Notes: generated by a model not told the origin, from the letters alone. A DNA stretch of 64,000 nt from an uncultured Holophagales bacterium (GCA_963842525.1 CAWJGT010000011.1:1-64000), one strand, 5' to 3'; positions 47,462 to 61,220 are shown, counted from the stretch's first letter. Translations and numbers: made by a program.

Positions 47462-49414
47462 TCAGCTCGGCATCGGATTGGCGGCCTCGCCGGTCACCCC
47501 GAAGGACTCGAGGAGCTGCCGGTCGTATTCGACGCCGAGCTCCTCGCGCCGCTGCTGGATCAGCGAGCCGAGGATCCCGTCGAGCTTCTGCTGCTCCACG
47601 GTCTCGCGGGTCTGCTGGCGGGCCACCGCGAACTGGATCGGATCCCAGGCCTTGCGCTCCTTGACCTCGAAGAGCAGAGCGCCCTGGGCGTCGGCGATCG
47701 GACCGCCCAACTGCCCGGGCTGGAGCGCCATGACGGACTTGGTCAGCTCGGGGTTGTAGCCGATCCCGGGGATCGGGGCCTGGCCGCCGAACTCGGGGGT
47801 TTCCTGGATCGGGATGCCGAGCTCGGCCGCGATCTGGTCGAGCGTCTTGCCGCCCGTGCGCGCCGTCTTCAGCCGCTGCAGCGCGGCCTCCTGCTGCTTC
47901 TGCGCGATGAGCGCCGCGCGCACCCGGTCCTGGACGTCGGCGAGCTCCGGGACGCGCGGCTCGTGGACCTGCCCGAGATAGAAGACGGCCCAGCCGCGCG
48001 GCACCTCGATGGCCGGCGTGACCTTGCCCTTTTCGAGCCCGAAGGCGGCCGAGGTAAGGGCGGGCGCGTAGCCCAGGCCGCGGATGGCATCCCGCTCGCC
48101 GAACTTGCCGGTCTCGCCGAAGGTCGCCCCCGGGGTCTTTTCGGCGACGGCCTTGACTGCCAGGACGCTGTCCGGCTTGTCCTTGGCCAGCCGGCTCGCC
48201 AGCTCCCGCGCCCGCGATGCCGCCAGCTCGCGCACCCGATCGAACGACAGGCGGTTGCTGATCTGCTCCTTGGCCTCCGCGAACGGCGTCACGCCGCCGG
48301 CCCGGCGGTCGGTGACCTGGATCAGGTGGGCTCCGAATTCGGAGCTGACCGGGCCGACCAGATCGCCGATCTTGGCGCCGAAGGCGGCATCCTCGAAAGG
48401 CTTGACCATCTGGCCGCGGCCGAAGAAGTCGAGGTCGCCGCCGCGCTCTTTCGAGCCGTCGTCGGAGAGCTGCGCGGCGAGGATTGCAAAGTCGGCGCCC
48501 GCCTGGATCTTCTTCTTGGCGTCTTCGAGCTGCTGGCGCGCCTGCTCTTCGGTGCGCTCCGGGGTGAACTTGAGGAGGATGTGCCGGGCGCGCACCTGCT
48601 CGGGCCGGGCGAATTCGGTGCTGTGCTCGTCGTAGTACTTCCGCAGCTCCTCGTCCGAGAGCTTCACCTCGTTGCGCAGCTTGTCGGGCTCCAGCAGGAT
48701 GTACGCCCCCTCGCGCTGCACGGGCAGCTTGTACTCCTGCTTGTGGGCGTCGAAGTAGGACTGCAGCTCGGCCGGCGTGACCTGCGCTTCCTGCGCGAAG
48801 CGGAGCCTGGGGAGCTGGAGGTAGCGGATCTTGGCCTTCTCGACCTGCTGCCGGTAGGCCTCTTCGACCTCCTTGTCGCTGACGAAGAGGTTCGCGCGGA
48901 GCACGTCGTTCAGCTTCTCGCGCAGGAGCTGGCGCCGCATCTCGCCCTCGAAGGAGGCCACGGTGTAGCGGTTGCCCTGGAGGATCTGGGCGTACTTCTC
49001 CTCGCCGATGAAGCGCCCCTTGTCGTCCTTGAAGACCGGCTCCTCGAGGATCCTCGCCTGCAGCTCCTCGTCGGTCACATCGAGGCCCAGCCGGTCGGCC
49101 TCCTCGAGCAGGATCTGCTCGTTGACAGCCCGGTCGAGCGCCTGCATCGGCAGCTTCATCATCTGGGCCAGCTCGGGGGTGAACTGCTCGCCGTAGAGCT
49201 GCCGGTACATCCCTTCGAGATAGCGGTACTGGCGCTCGAACTCCTCCATCGTGACCGTATGGTCGCCCACCTTGGCGGCCTTGGTGCGCGCCCCCTGCTG
49301 CCCTACGCCGCCGAAGCTGCCGAAATCGACGAAGACGAAGAGCACGAACAGGCCGATGACGACCCAGAGGATCCAACTGAGGTATTTGATGTTGTCCCGG
49401 AAGACCTTGAGCAT
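47462..49414 (-). CDS. PpiD/SurA-like periplasmic chaperone-PPIase
   Basis: N-terminal TM, SurA_N region, parvulin ARHIL...GGDLDFF...MVKPFEDAAF. Confidence 0.88.
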   Translation of the reverse strand: MLKVFRDNIKYLSWILWVVIGLFVLFVFVDFGSFGGVGQQGARTKAAKVGDHTVTMEEFERQYRYLEGMYRQLYGEQFTPELAQMMKLPMQALDRAVNEQILLEEADRLGLDVTDEELQARILEEPVFKDDKGRFIGEEKYAQILQGNRYTVASFEGEMRRQLLREKLNDVLRANLFVSDKEVEEAYRQQVEKAKIRYLQLPRLRFAQEAQVTPAELQSYFDAHKQEYKLPVQREGAYILLEPDKLRNEVKLSDEELRKYYDEHSTEFARPEQVRARHILLKFTPERTEEQARQQLEDAKKKIQAGADFAILAAQLSDDGSKERGGDLDFFGRGQMVKPFEDAAFGAKIGDLVGPVSSEFGAHLIQVTDRRAGGVTPFAEAKEQISNRLSFDRVRELAASRARELASRLAKDKPDSVLAVKAVAEKTPGATFGETGKFGERDAIRGLGYAPALTSAAFGLEKGKVTPAIEVPRGWAVFYLGQVHEPRVPELADVQDRVRAALIAQKQQEAALQRLKTARTGGKTLDQIAAELGIPIQETPEFGGQAPIPGIGYNPELTKSVMALQPGQLGGPIADAQGALLFEVKERKAWDPIQFAVARQQTRETVEQQKLDGILGSLIQQRREELGVEYDRQLLESFGVTGEAANPMPS

Positions 49415-49517
49415 GGACGAACTCCTTTCAACCCCGGAGGGGCGGGATACTTTACCAGAAAAGATCCTGTGTTATATTCGCGTCCCTACATGAGTCTGCG
49501 CACGAAGGGGAATTGAC

Positions 49518-52090
<2,573 letters not shown>

Positions 52091-52116
52091 ACCGGACCGG
52101 CAATGGGATCGGACGC

Positions 52117-52959
52117 GTGGACGAGCGCCGCACCGGCTGGGTGCTGATCGTCGTGCTGGTGGTCCAGCTCGTCTATCTGGCAGTCCAGGGCGCGAGCAGG
52201 GGAGACACCCTGCTCGAATCCGCCGGTCTGCGCCTGCTCGGCCCGCCGGCCCGCTTCGTGACCGGCCTCCCGGGCGGCGTCTCCGGCTTCCGCGAAGGCA
52301 TGAAGACGCGCGGCCGGCTCCTCGACGAGAACCAGCGCCTGCGCCGCGAGGTCGAGGACCTCCGGCTGCGCCTGCTGCAGCTCTCGGACGTCGAGAACGA
52401 GGCGCTGCGGCTGGGCACGGCGGTGCGCCATGCCACGCCGCCCATCGGCCGCATCCGGGCGGCCGACGTGGTCTACGCGGACCATGCCTCGTGGCTGCGC
52501 ACCCTGGTCATCTATGCCGGCGACGTACCTGTCCGCCGCAATCAGCCGGTCCTCTCGGCCGAGGGCCTGGTCGGCCGCGTGGTGACCGTCGCCGGACCCT
52601 ATGCCAAGGTGCAGCTCGTCACCGACCGTGCCGCGAGCGTCGGCGCCATGATCCTGCGCACCCGGCGGCAGGGGGTGGTGCGCGGCAGCGGACGCAGCGG
52701 CGGCCTGGAGCTCGACTTCGTGCCGCTGCAGACCGACGTGCGGCCCGGCGACCGGGTGCTGACCGCCGGCATCGACGGCGTCTACCCGCGGGGGATCCTG
52801 ATCGGCACGGTCATTGCGGTGAAGCGCGGCGGGCAGCTCTTCCACCGCATCCAGCTCGCTCCCGCCGTCGACTTCGGCTCGCTCGACCAGGTCTATCTCC
52901 TGGAGTACGAGCCCGTTCCACAAGCCCTCAGGGAGGCCGATCCCGGTGCGCGCCGTTAA
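52117..52959 (+). CDS. mreC: Rod shape-determining protein MreC
   Basis: ENQRLR coiled coil, GLVGRV, TAGIDGVYPRGI. Confidence 0.92.
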   Translation: MDERRTGWVLIVVLVVQLVYLAVQGASRGDTLLESAGLRLLGPPARFVTGLPGGVSGFREGMKTRGRLLDENQRLRREVEDLRLRLLQLSDVENEALRLGTAVRHATPPIGRIRAADVVYADHASWLRTLVIYAGDVPVRRNQPVLSAEGLVGRVVTVAGPYAKVQLVTDRAASVGAMILRTRRQGVVRGSGRSGGLELDFVPLQTDVRPGDRVLTAGIDGVYPRGILIGTVIAVKRGGQLFHRIQLAPAVDFGSLDQVYLLEYEPVPQALREADPGARR

Positions 52960-53462
52960 GCTTCTCGCCGGTCTCGCCATCGCGGTGCTCGTGCACCTGC
53001 TCGGCGTGCGCCTGATCCCCTCCTTCGCGCTGGCGGTGGACGTCTTCCTGGTCGTCGTCGCGCTCTTCGCCCTGGAGGGGAGCTCGCTTGCCGCGCTCTT
53101 CGCCGGGCTGCTCGTCGGGCTGCTGCACGACAGCCTGTCGGGCGGTTCCTTCGGCCTTTTCGGCTTCGCTGATACCATCGTAGGCTACGGCACGGCGCGC
53201 CTGGCGCAGCGGCTGGTCATCCAGCGGCCGACCGGCGTCCTGGCGCTGGTGAGCTTCGCGGCCGTGGTCCAACAGGCGATCGTGATCGGCCTCGCGTTCC
53301 TGCTGCTGCCCGACACCGAGCTTCCCGCATCCCGTCTGGGTGGCGGTGCGGGCCGGCATTTGCGGCCTGCTCGGGATGGCGGTCCACATCGCAACGATTC
53401 ATTGGCGCCGCACGTCCGAGGTCCGGCGGCGCGGACGCATGAGCCGGCTCCGGCTCGGCTGA
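52946..53462 (+). CDS. mreD: Rod shape-determining protein MreD (frameshift near 53330)
   Basis: GLLVGLLHDSL; hydrophobic; operon position. Confidence 0.85.
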
Positions 53463-53475
53463 GAGGGAGAGTGAC

Positions 53476-55274
53476 ATGCAGGTGGTTCGCGAGCATCGGG
53501 ACGATCTGATCAACCGCATCCGGATCCTGAGCGCCCTGGTGCTCGGCCTGGTCGCGGTCATCGCGGCCGGCTTCTGGTTCGTCCAGCTCGTCCAGGGGGA
53601 CCTCTACCGGGAGCTCGCCGAGAACAACCGGCTGCGCAGGCTCCCGATCAAGGCGCCGCGCGGCCTGATCTTCGACCGCCACGGACGGCTGCTGGTCGAG
53701 AACGTCCCCAGCTACAACCTGATGCTGGACCGCAGCCTGACACCGGACCTGGAGGCGAGCCTCGCCTCGGCCGCCGAGGTGCTCGGGCGGCCCCTGCCCG
53801 AGTTGCGGGGGATCCTGGCGCGCTACGCGGCGATCCCGGACTTCACTCCTGTCCTGCTCGCCGAGAACCTGACCCTCTCCCAGGTGGCGCGCTTCGGCGT
53901 GACGCGCCTCGAGCACCCCGAGCTGGAGGTCGAGGTCCAGCACCTCCGGCTCTACCGCCATGGCGGCCAGACCGCCCATGTGCTCGGCTATCTGGGCGAG
54001 GCGACCGAGAACGAGATCGAAGGCTCCGCAGATTTCTACAAGCCCGGCGACCTGGTGGGCAAGAAGGGGATCGAGCAGACCTACGACCGGGAGCTGCGCG
54101 GCGAGGACGGCGTGCGGGCCGTGGAGGTGGACAGCCGCGGCGAGCTGCTCGAAGAGCTCGGCAGCGAGCCCGCGGTGCCGGGCAAGAACCTGGCGCTGAC
54201 CATCGACCTCGACCTGCAGCAGGAGGCGGCGCGCTGGCTCGACGGTCCGGAGAAGGTCGGCGCCATCGTGGCCATGGACCCGCGCAACGGCGAGATCCTG
54301 GCTCTGGTCTCGGCGCCGTCGTTCAACCCCAACCTGTTCGCGCGCCGCCTGCAGGCGGACGACTGGAAGGCTCTGATCGGAGACCCGCACCACCCGCTGC
54401 AGAACCGGTCGATCCAGAACACCTACTCGCCGGGCTCGACCTTCAAGATCGTCATGGCCACCGCCGGGCTGACCGAGGGGGTGTTCAACGAGCACACCCG
54501 CGTCTTCTGCGGCGGCGCCGGAGTGTTCTACGGCCGCCGGTTCCGCTGCTGGCGCCCGGGGGGCACGGCTCGGTGGACGCCCGCCTGGCCCTCAAGCTCT
54601 CCTGCGACGTCTACTTCTATACGCTGGGCCAGCGGCTGGGGATCGAGCGGATCGCCCGCTACGCCCGCCTGTTCGGGCTCGGCTCCCTCTCCGGCATCGA
54701 GATCGAAGGCGAGAAGCGCGGCCTGGTGCCCGATACAGCGTGGAGCCTCGCGGCGCGCAAGACGCCCTGGTACCCGGGCGAGACGATCTCGGTGGCCATC
54801 GGCCAGGGCCCGGTGCTGACGACGCCTCTCCAGATGGCCGAGATGACCGCCCTGGTCGCCAACGGCGGCTACCGGGTGACGCCGCACCTGGTGCGCGGCG
54901 CGCGGGTGCCGGCGCCGCAGCACGTCGCGCTCGACGCGCGGGCGCTCCGCATCGTGCGCGAGGGGCTGTGGGCGGTGGTCAACGAGCCGGGCGGCACCGC
55001 CTACTGGTCCGCCCGCGTGCCCGGGGCGGAGATGGCCGGCAAGACCGGCAGCGTGCAGGTCATCGCCCAGGCCGCCCGCACCGACGCCAGGACCCTCCCC
55101 TTCAAATTCCGCGACCACGCCTGGTTCACCTCGTTCGCCCCGCTCGAGAATCCCCGCCTCGTGGTGGCGGTGTTCGCCGAGCACGGCGGCGCGGGGTCCA
55201 GGACCGCCGCACCGATCGCCCAGGCCATTCATGCAAAATATTTCAAGATCGATCTCCCTGCCGTCGCTCGCTGA
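53476..55274 (+). CDS. mrdA: Penicillin-binding protein 2 (frameshift near 54570)
   Basis: RGLIFDR, STFK (SxxK), SCD, KTG. Confidence 0.93.
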
Positions 55275-56373
55275 AGAGAAGCCGCAGCGGCTGCGGCAGC
55301 TCTCGTCGATCGACCTGGGCCTCGCCCTGTCGGCCCTGCTGCTGGCCGCCATCGGCCTGGCCACCGTGCACAGCGCCAGCTCCGAGATGCCGGTCGACTA
55401 CTTCCCCCGGCAGGCCGCCTGGGTCGGCATCGGCCTGGTGCTCCTCGTGGCGGCCATGAGCATCGACTATCACGTGCTGCTCGACCTGTCGGTGGTCCTC
55501 TACGGCCTCGGCCTGGTGTCGCTCGTCCTGGTGCTCTTCATCGGCGTGGAACGCGGCGGCGCCGCGAACTGGATCCAGATCGGTCCCTGGCAGTTCCAGC
55601 CGTCGGAGTTCGCCAAGCTGGCGACGGCCCTCTTCGCGGCCCGCTACCTTGCCGGCCTCAACGTCCGGTTCCTGGAGCTGCGCCACATCGTGACGGCGGT
55701 CCTGATCGTCGGCGTCCCCATTGTGCTGGTCGCCATCGAGCCCGACATGGGCGGCGCCGCCATGTACACGCCGCTGCTCGCCGGCATGCTGCTGGTGTCC
55801 GGCATCCGGCTGCGCCTGCTGGTGGCGACGGCGCTGATCGCCATCGTCCTCGGCGGCGCCGTCTGGACCTTCGGCATGAAGCCCTACCAGCGCGAGCGGG
55901 TGGTGACCTTCCTCAATCCGGAGAGCGATCCCCTGGGGGCCGGCTACCAGGTGCGCCAGAGCAAGATCGCGGTGGGCTCGGGCAAGCTGGTGGGCAAGGG
56001 CTACATGCAGGGGACGCAGAGCCAGCTCCGCTTCCTCCCCGCGCGGCACACCGACTTCATCCTCTCGGTGCTCGCCGAGGAGTGGGGGTTCGTCGGCATC
56101 CTCACCGTGCTCGGCTTCTACGCGCTCTACATCTGGAGCGCCGCCCGCATCGCCATGCGGGCGCGCGACCGCGCCGGCATCCTGCTGGTGACGGGCCTCC
56201 TTTCGATCACCTGCTTCCACGTGCTCTACAACACCGCCATGGTCGTCGGGTTCCTCCCGATCACCGGCATCCCCCTTCCCTTTCTCTCCTACGGCGGGTC
56301 CTTCACCATGGTGAGCTTCATCGCCACGGGGATCATCCTGGGGGTCGACCTCCGGCGGTACGTAAACAGGTGA
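55231..56373 (+). CDS. rodA: SEDS glycosyltransferase RodA
   Basis: QPSEFAK, HTDFILS, GIPLPFLSYGGS. Confidence 0.94.
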   Translation: MQNISRSISLPSLAEEKPQRLRQLSSIDLGLALSALLLAAIGLATVHSASSEMPVDYFPRQAAWVGIGLVLLVAAMSIDYHVLLDLSVVLYGLGLVSLVLVLFIGVERGGAANWIQIGPWQFQPSEFAKLATALFAARYLAGLNVRFLELRHIVTAVLIVGVPIVLVAIEPDMGGAAMYTPLLAGMLLVSGIRLRLLVATALIAIVLGGAVWTFGMKPYQRERVVTFLNPESDPLGAGYQVRQSKIAVGSGKLVGKGYMQGTQSQLRFLPARHTDFILSVLAEEWGFVGILTVLGFYALYIWSAARIAMRARDRAGILLVTGLLSITCFHVLYNTAMVVGFLPITGIPLPFLSYGGSFTMVSFIATGIILGVDLRRYVNR

Positions 56374-57908
56374 TGACTCAGAAGATGCTGATCGAGAGCG
56401 ATCCGCACCAGACGCGGATCGCGGTGCTCGAAGACGACCGGCTGACCGAGATCTTCGTCGAGCGCCACCGCCACCGCGGGCTGGTGGGCAACGTCTACAA
56501 GGGGCGGGTCACGCGCGTGCTGCCGGGGATGCAGGCGGCCTTCGTGGACGTGGGGCTGGAGCGCGACGCCTTCCTCTACGTCAGCGACGTGGCGAGCGAC
56601 GTCGAGGCCATGGAAGAGCTGGAGATCGAGGACACCCGCGCCGAGGAGCCGGCTCATGGCGCAAATGGCGTCACGACCGCCACCGCCGCTCCGCACCACG
56701 GGCCGGCGCCGTCCATCGACGAGTTGCTCAAGCAGGGCCAGGAGATCATCGTCCAGGTCGTCAAGGACCCGCTGCCGAACAAGGGCGCGCGCATCAGCAC
56801 CCACGTCACCCTGCCGGGGCGGTACCTGGTGCTCCTGCCGACTGTGCGGCACTTCGGCGTCTCGCGGCGGATCGAGGACGAGGCCGAGCGCGAGCGCCTC
56901 CTCGCCCTCCTCGGCCAGCTCCCGGTGACCACCGGCGGCCTCATCGTGCGCACCGTGGGCGAGGGCAAGGGGGGCGAGGAATTCGAGAGCGACCTGCAAT
57001 ACCTCTCCCGCCTCTGGGAGAAGATCCGCCAGCGCGCCGCCAAGGTCTCGGCGCCCACCCTGCTCCACCAGGACCTCGACCTCGCCCTGCGCACCGTGCG
57101 CGACCTCCTGCGCCAGGACTTCAGCGTCCTCTGGGTCGACGGCGAGGAGACCTACGAGCGGATCGTCGAGTTCCTCGACCAGGTGCAGCCCGGGCTGGTC
57201 GGCAAGGTCAAGCTCTTCCGCCAGCGGGCGACCCTCTTCGAGCAGTTCGGGATCGAGGAGCAGATCGAGGCAGCCCTCAAGAGCAAAGTCTGGCTCAAGT
57301 CGGGCGGCTACATCGTGATCAACCAGACCGAGGCCCTGGTGGCGATCGACGTCAACACCGGCCGGTTCGTCGGGCAGAGCAACCTGGAGGACACGGTGCT
57401 CCAGACGAACCTCGAAGCCGTGCAGGAGATCGTGCGCCAGATCCGCCTGCGCGACCTGGGCGGTATCATCGTGATCGACCTGATCGACATGATCGAGCAG
57501 GAGCACCGCGAGCAGGTCTTCAGCGCCCTCGAAGCCGAGCTGCGGAAGGACCGCGCCAAGACCAAGATGCTCAATATTTCAGAATTTGGCCTGGTGGAGA
57601 TCACGCGCAAGCGGAGCCGGGCCAACCTGGAGCGGCTGCTCACCCAGACCTGCCCCTACTGCTCCGGCCGCGGGCGCATCAAGTCGATCGCCACGATCTG
57701 CCTCAACCTGCGCAAAGAGCTGCTCCGGCTGCGCGGCCGCCTCGCCCAATCCGAGGTCCTCCTGCGCGTCCACCCCGAGGTCGCCCGCGCCCTGCAGCAG
57801 GAGGAGCGCGCCATCCTGGACGAGCTGGAGCGGACCTTGGAGGTCAAGCTCCTCCTCCAGAGCGACCCCGAGCTCCACCACGAGAGATTCGATGTCGTGG
57901 AGGTGTGA
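56373..57908 (+). CDS. rng: RNase G/E family ribonuclease
   Basis: GNVYKGRV..VLPGMQAAFVD, AIDVNTG, LRDLGGIIVID. Confidence 0.93.
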   Translation: MTQKMLIESDPHQTRIAVLEDDRLTEIFVERHRHRGLVGNVYKGRVTRVLPGMQAAFVDVGLERDAFLYVSDVASDVEAMEELEIEDTRAEEPAHGANGVTTATAAPHHGPAPSIDELLKQGQEIIVQVVKDPLPNKGARISTHVTLPGRYLVLLPTVRHFGVSRRIEDEAERERLLALLGQLPVTTGGLIVRTVGEGKGGEEFESDLQYLSRLWEKIRQRAAKVSAPTLLHQDLDLALRTVRDLLRQDFSVLWVDGEETYERIVEFLDQVQPGLVGKVKLFRQRATLFEQFGIEEQIEAALKSKVWLKSGGYIVINQTEALVAIDVNTGRFVGQSNLEDTVLQTNLEAVQEIVRQIRLRDLGGIIVIDLIDMIEQEHREQVFSALEAELRKDRAKTKMLNISEFGLVEITRKRSRANLERLLTQTCPYCSGRGRIKSIATICLNLRKELLRLRGRLAQSEVLLRVHPEVARALQQEERAILDELERTLEVKLLLQSDPELHHERFDVVEV

Positions 57909-60042
57909 GGTCGCGGAGGGGTACCAGCCGATCGATGTGGAGCGCGAGGTGGCCCGCCTGACCGACCCGGCGTCGGCGGTGAAGACCTTGCATTGGGGCC
58001 GCAACTACCTCTACGTGGCCCGGCTGGAAACTTTGGATGGGCCGGTCGACGTCGTCGTCAAGCAGTTCCGCCATCTCAGCAGAAAGGACCGCCTGAGCCG
58101 CCGTTGGCGCGGCAGCAAGGCGCAGCGGAGCTGGCGGGCCGCCCATGCTTTGCTGGCCGCCGGGATCCTCACCCCCGAGCCGGTGCTGTGGATCGAGTCG
58201 GAGGACGAAGCCGGCCCTTCCTTCTATATCTGCCGTTTCCTGCCGGACACCCTGGAGGCGCGCTACCTGGTGCGGGCCGCCAACGCGGGGCGGGAACGCG
58301 AGGAGTTTCCAGGGGTCGATTTCCCCAGCTTCCTCGACGAGCTCGGGCGGACCGCCCGCCGCCTCCACGACGCCGGCTTCTGGCATCGCGACCTGTCGAG
58401 CGGCAACGTCCTCCTGCGCTGCGACGCGGCCGGCATCCCCACCGCACTCTGGCTCGTCGACCTGAACCGCACCCGGATCGGCCGCGTCCCGACCACGTCC
58501 GAGCGCCTGCGCGACCTCGCCCGCATGCCGCTGCACCGTCCCGAGCACCGGCAGCGGTACCTCGACGCCTACTGGGGCACCGAGGGAGGAGGCGGCGCGC
58601 GAAAAGCCCTCTACCTTGCCTACCATCACGGCTGGATCGGAAAGAACCGGGCCAAACAGGGCCTGCGAGGTGCCACCCGCAAGATGCGCGACCTCGTCCT
58701 GCCACGAGTGGCGCACGCCCATATCCCCGAGGCGCCTGCGGAGGCGGGAGTCCGTGACCGGGTGGTCTGGGACCACCTGTCGGACCAGCCCCACCAGCAC
58801 GCCGGCCGTCTGGACAAGCTGCGGGTCCGGCTCGCCGATGTCCGGGCGCACGCAGGGGAGGGGGCCGCGGTCGCCAGGGCCCTGCCGCGGATCTGGCGCC
58901 GCTACAGGGAGCTGCGGGCTGATTTGTACCGGGCCCCGGTCGACTTCCGCGGCCTCGGCATCGCGCTCCGCCCCTGGCCGGAAGCGCCGGACGCCCTGCT
59001 CGGCCTGCTCGACGAGCTGGCGCCGCGGCATGTCCTCCTCCGCCTCCACCCCTGGGAGGACGACCACACGGCCGAGGAGGAGCTCGCCCGCGAGATCGCC
59101 GCCCGCGGCTGCGAGCTGACCTTCGCCCTGCCCCAGAACCGCGACCTGGTGAAGGACCCGGCGCGCTGGCAAGCCGCGATCGAGCGCATCGCCGAGGCCT
59201 TCACTCCCTACGGCCGAAGGTTCCAGATCGGCCAGGCCATCAACCGCAGCAAATGGGGGATCTGGAACCTCGGCGAGTTCGTGAGCCTCGCCCGCACCGC
59301 GTCCGACATCCTGCGCCGGCAGGAAGGCATCGAGCTGCTCGGCCCGGCGGTGATCGACTTCGAGCACCACGTCACCGCCGCGGTGCTGAACCTGCCGGAC
59401 CCCGGCTTCCGGTTCGACGCGGCCTCGGCCCTCCTCTATGTCGACCGCCGCGGCGCGCCCGAGAACCCCCAGGCCGGCTTCGACACGGTCGGCAAGGTCA
59501 CGCTCCTCAAGGCCATCGCGGAGACCGCCCGCAACAGCACCGGCCGCTGCTGGATCACCGAGGTCAACTGGCCGCTCTGGGAGGGTCCGCACTCGCCGGC
59601 CGGCCGTGCCGTCTCGGTCGACGAGGAGTCCCAGGCCGACTACCTCGCCCGCTACGACCTGCTGGCCCTGGGGACCGGGCTTGTCGAAAGGGTCTTCTGG
59701 TGGCAGCTCGTGGCCCGCGGCTACGGTTTGGTCGACCCCGCCGATCCCGCGCACCCAAGACGGCGGCCGGCTTTCTTCGCCCTGAAGACCCTGCTCCAGG
59801 AGCTGGAAGGCACCCGCCTCGAAGAGGTCCTCCCCGCGCCGCCGCCCGCCCGGCTCTACCGCTTCCGGAGGCCCGACGGCTCGGAGCTGGTGGCCGGCTG
59901 GAGCACCGGTCCGCCGGTCCGTGTCACCCTGCCCCGTCCAGCCGCGGCAGTGATCGGGAGGAGCGGCGAGGAGCTGCCGGTGCCGGGCGGCACGGAGATC
60001 GAGCTGGCCTCGGGGCCGCGGTACGTCCTCCTGCAGCGTTGA
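57892..60042 (+). CDS. Kdo/LPS-kinase-like domain fused to a glycoside-hydrolase-like TIM barrel
   Basis: VVKQF, HRDLSSGNVL, LVDLNR in the N-half; WITEVNW, ERVFWWQL, YGLVD, RRPAF in the C-half. Confidence 0.7.
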   Translation: MSWRCEVAEGYQPIDVEREVARLTDPASAVKTLHWGRNYLYVARLETLDGPVDVVVKQFRHLSRKDRLSRRWRGSKAQRSWRAAHALLAAGILTPEPVLWIESEDEAGPSFYICRFLPDTLEARYLVRAANAGREREEFPGVDFPSFLDELGRTARRLHDAGFWHRDLSSGNVLLRCDAAGIPTALWLVDLNRTRIGRVPTTSERLRDLARMPLHRPEHRQRYLDAYWGTEGGGGARKALYLAYHHGWIGKNRAKQGLRGATRKMRDLVLPRVAHAHIPEAPAEAGVRDRVVWDHLSDQPHQHAGRLDKLRVRLADVRAHAGEGAAVARALPRIWRRYRELRADLYRAPVDFRGLGIALRPWPEAPDALLGLLDELAPRHVLLRLHPWEDDHTAEEELAREIAARGCELTFALPQNRDLVKDPARWQAAIERIAEAFTPYGRRFQIGQAINRSKWGIWNLGEFVSLARTASDILRRQEGIELLGPAVIDFEHHVTAAVLNLPDPGFRFDAASALLYVDRRGAPENPQAGFDTVGKVTLLKAIAETARNSTGRCWITEVNWPLWEGPHSPAGRAVSVDEESQADYLARYDLLALGTGLVERVFWWQLVARGYGLVDPADPAHPRRRPAFFALKTLLQELEGTRLEEVLPAPPPARLYRFRRPDGSELVAGWSTGPPVRVTLPRPAAAVIGRSGEELPVPGGTEIELASGPRYVLLQR

Positions 60043-60112
60043 CGCGGCGCCGAGTACCCCCTTTCAGGAGAGAGGAAGCTCTTCTGGTTGTGAGGAAGAC
60101 GGAGCGGGTGGA

Positions 60113-60337
60113 CTACGCGGCGTACCGGAGGATCTCGACCTCGGCGCCGTTCCGGATCGCGGCTTCAGCCCGTTCCAGGATCTGGGATGTGACGGCTTCA
60201 GACAGGTAGTACTCGCCACAGTTTTCGCAGACATCCCCGGGAACTTCTTTGAGGATGACGGTCGTTTCTCCCCGATCGAGGACCACCGTGACCCGGCAGG
60301 GACGCGTCTCGCCATGACGACAGAGAGTGCAGGTCAT
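60113..60337 (-). CDS. YgiT-type zinc finger (MqsA-like antitoxin)
   Basis: CTLC...VPGDVCENCGEYY. Confidence 0.88.
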   Translation of the reverse strand: MTCTLCRHGETRPCRVTVVLDRGETTVILKEVPGDVCENCGEYYLSEAVTSQILERAEAAIRNGAEVEILRYAA

Positions 60338-60454
60338 GGTGTCTTCCTCCTCTTGAAATCAGACTCCCACAGGTCGGAATCCGGGGAGTATACGGTGACC
60401 ACCTGGCAATTTCCGCCGGCCGGGTCGACCGCGACCACGACATGGAGGGGCCTG
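60334..60454 (-). pseudogene. 3' remnant of DUF4258 toxin-like gene
   Basis: GRPLHVVVA...VVTVYSPDSDLWESDFKRRK; 5' part replaced by the element copy. Confidence 0.8.
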
Positions 60455-61058
60455 CCGCCGCCCGATCTTCGCTCGTCAAGGGCATCGGCAGCCGCTCCAG
60501 CCAGCGCGCCAGAAAGGCCTCGATCTGCTCCGCTCCCAGGAGCTACAAATCTCCTGCAGGGCCTGCGGATCGCCACACTCGAGAAATCCGTTGTCCAGGG
60601 CCGTGTAGGCAATCCCCCGTTTGTCCAACTGGCGTTTGGCCCACTCATGTCCGTTGAGGCATACCTTCAAAGCCCAGGGCGCATAGCTGCACACCTTCAC
60701 GAATGCCGGACCGAATTCTTCGTCATCAACATAGAAGTAGTAGTGGTTCACGTATACCGTCTTGCCCCGCGTGTACTCGAACCGCCCTGCTCCCTCCTCC
60801 TTGGTCTGCTTGCCCGAAAAGGCCTTGGCCTTCTCCTGAGCCACCCCGATGAAGACCACCTCCCCCCGAACGTTGCGCTCTCGGCGCATCTGATTCGCTC
60901 GGTCGTCCTTCCTCTCCCCAGGCTCAAACTTGATCCACGGGATTTCGTTCTCCGCAGCAAACGTTTCTACCCTTTTCCGAAAGCTCGATGTGAGTTGGCC
61001 CAGGATCGCTGGCGGACACTCTCTCCCCTCGTCGGTTTGAGGCCGCAGGCTTCGCTAG
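60455..61058 (-). mobile_element. Deleted and truncated second copy of the CTAG element
   Basis: Near-identical to 13957-14000 joined to 14211-14771; begins at CTAG (61055-58) with a different flank. Confidence 0.92.
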
Positions 61059-61220
61059 GTGCCAGGGGTTTCTTGGAGGCGGTTCGGGCGCCGTGGCCCC
61101 GTGGGCTGTCCGGACGCCGCGGCGCGGTTGGCCGTCTGCCGAACCCAAGGCAGCAGAGCCCGCTAAAGAATCAAGGGGGCCGGCAGGAAGCCGGCCCTCT
61201 CTGTCTGCAAGGATTCCATA

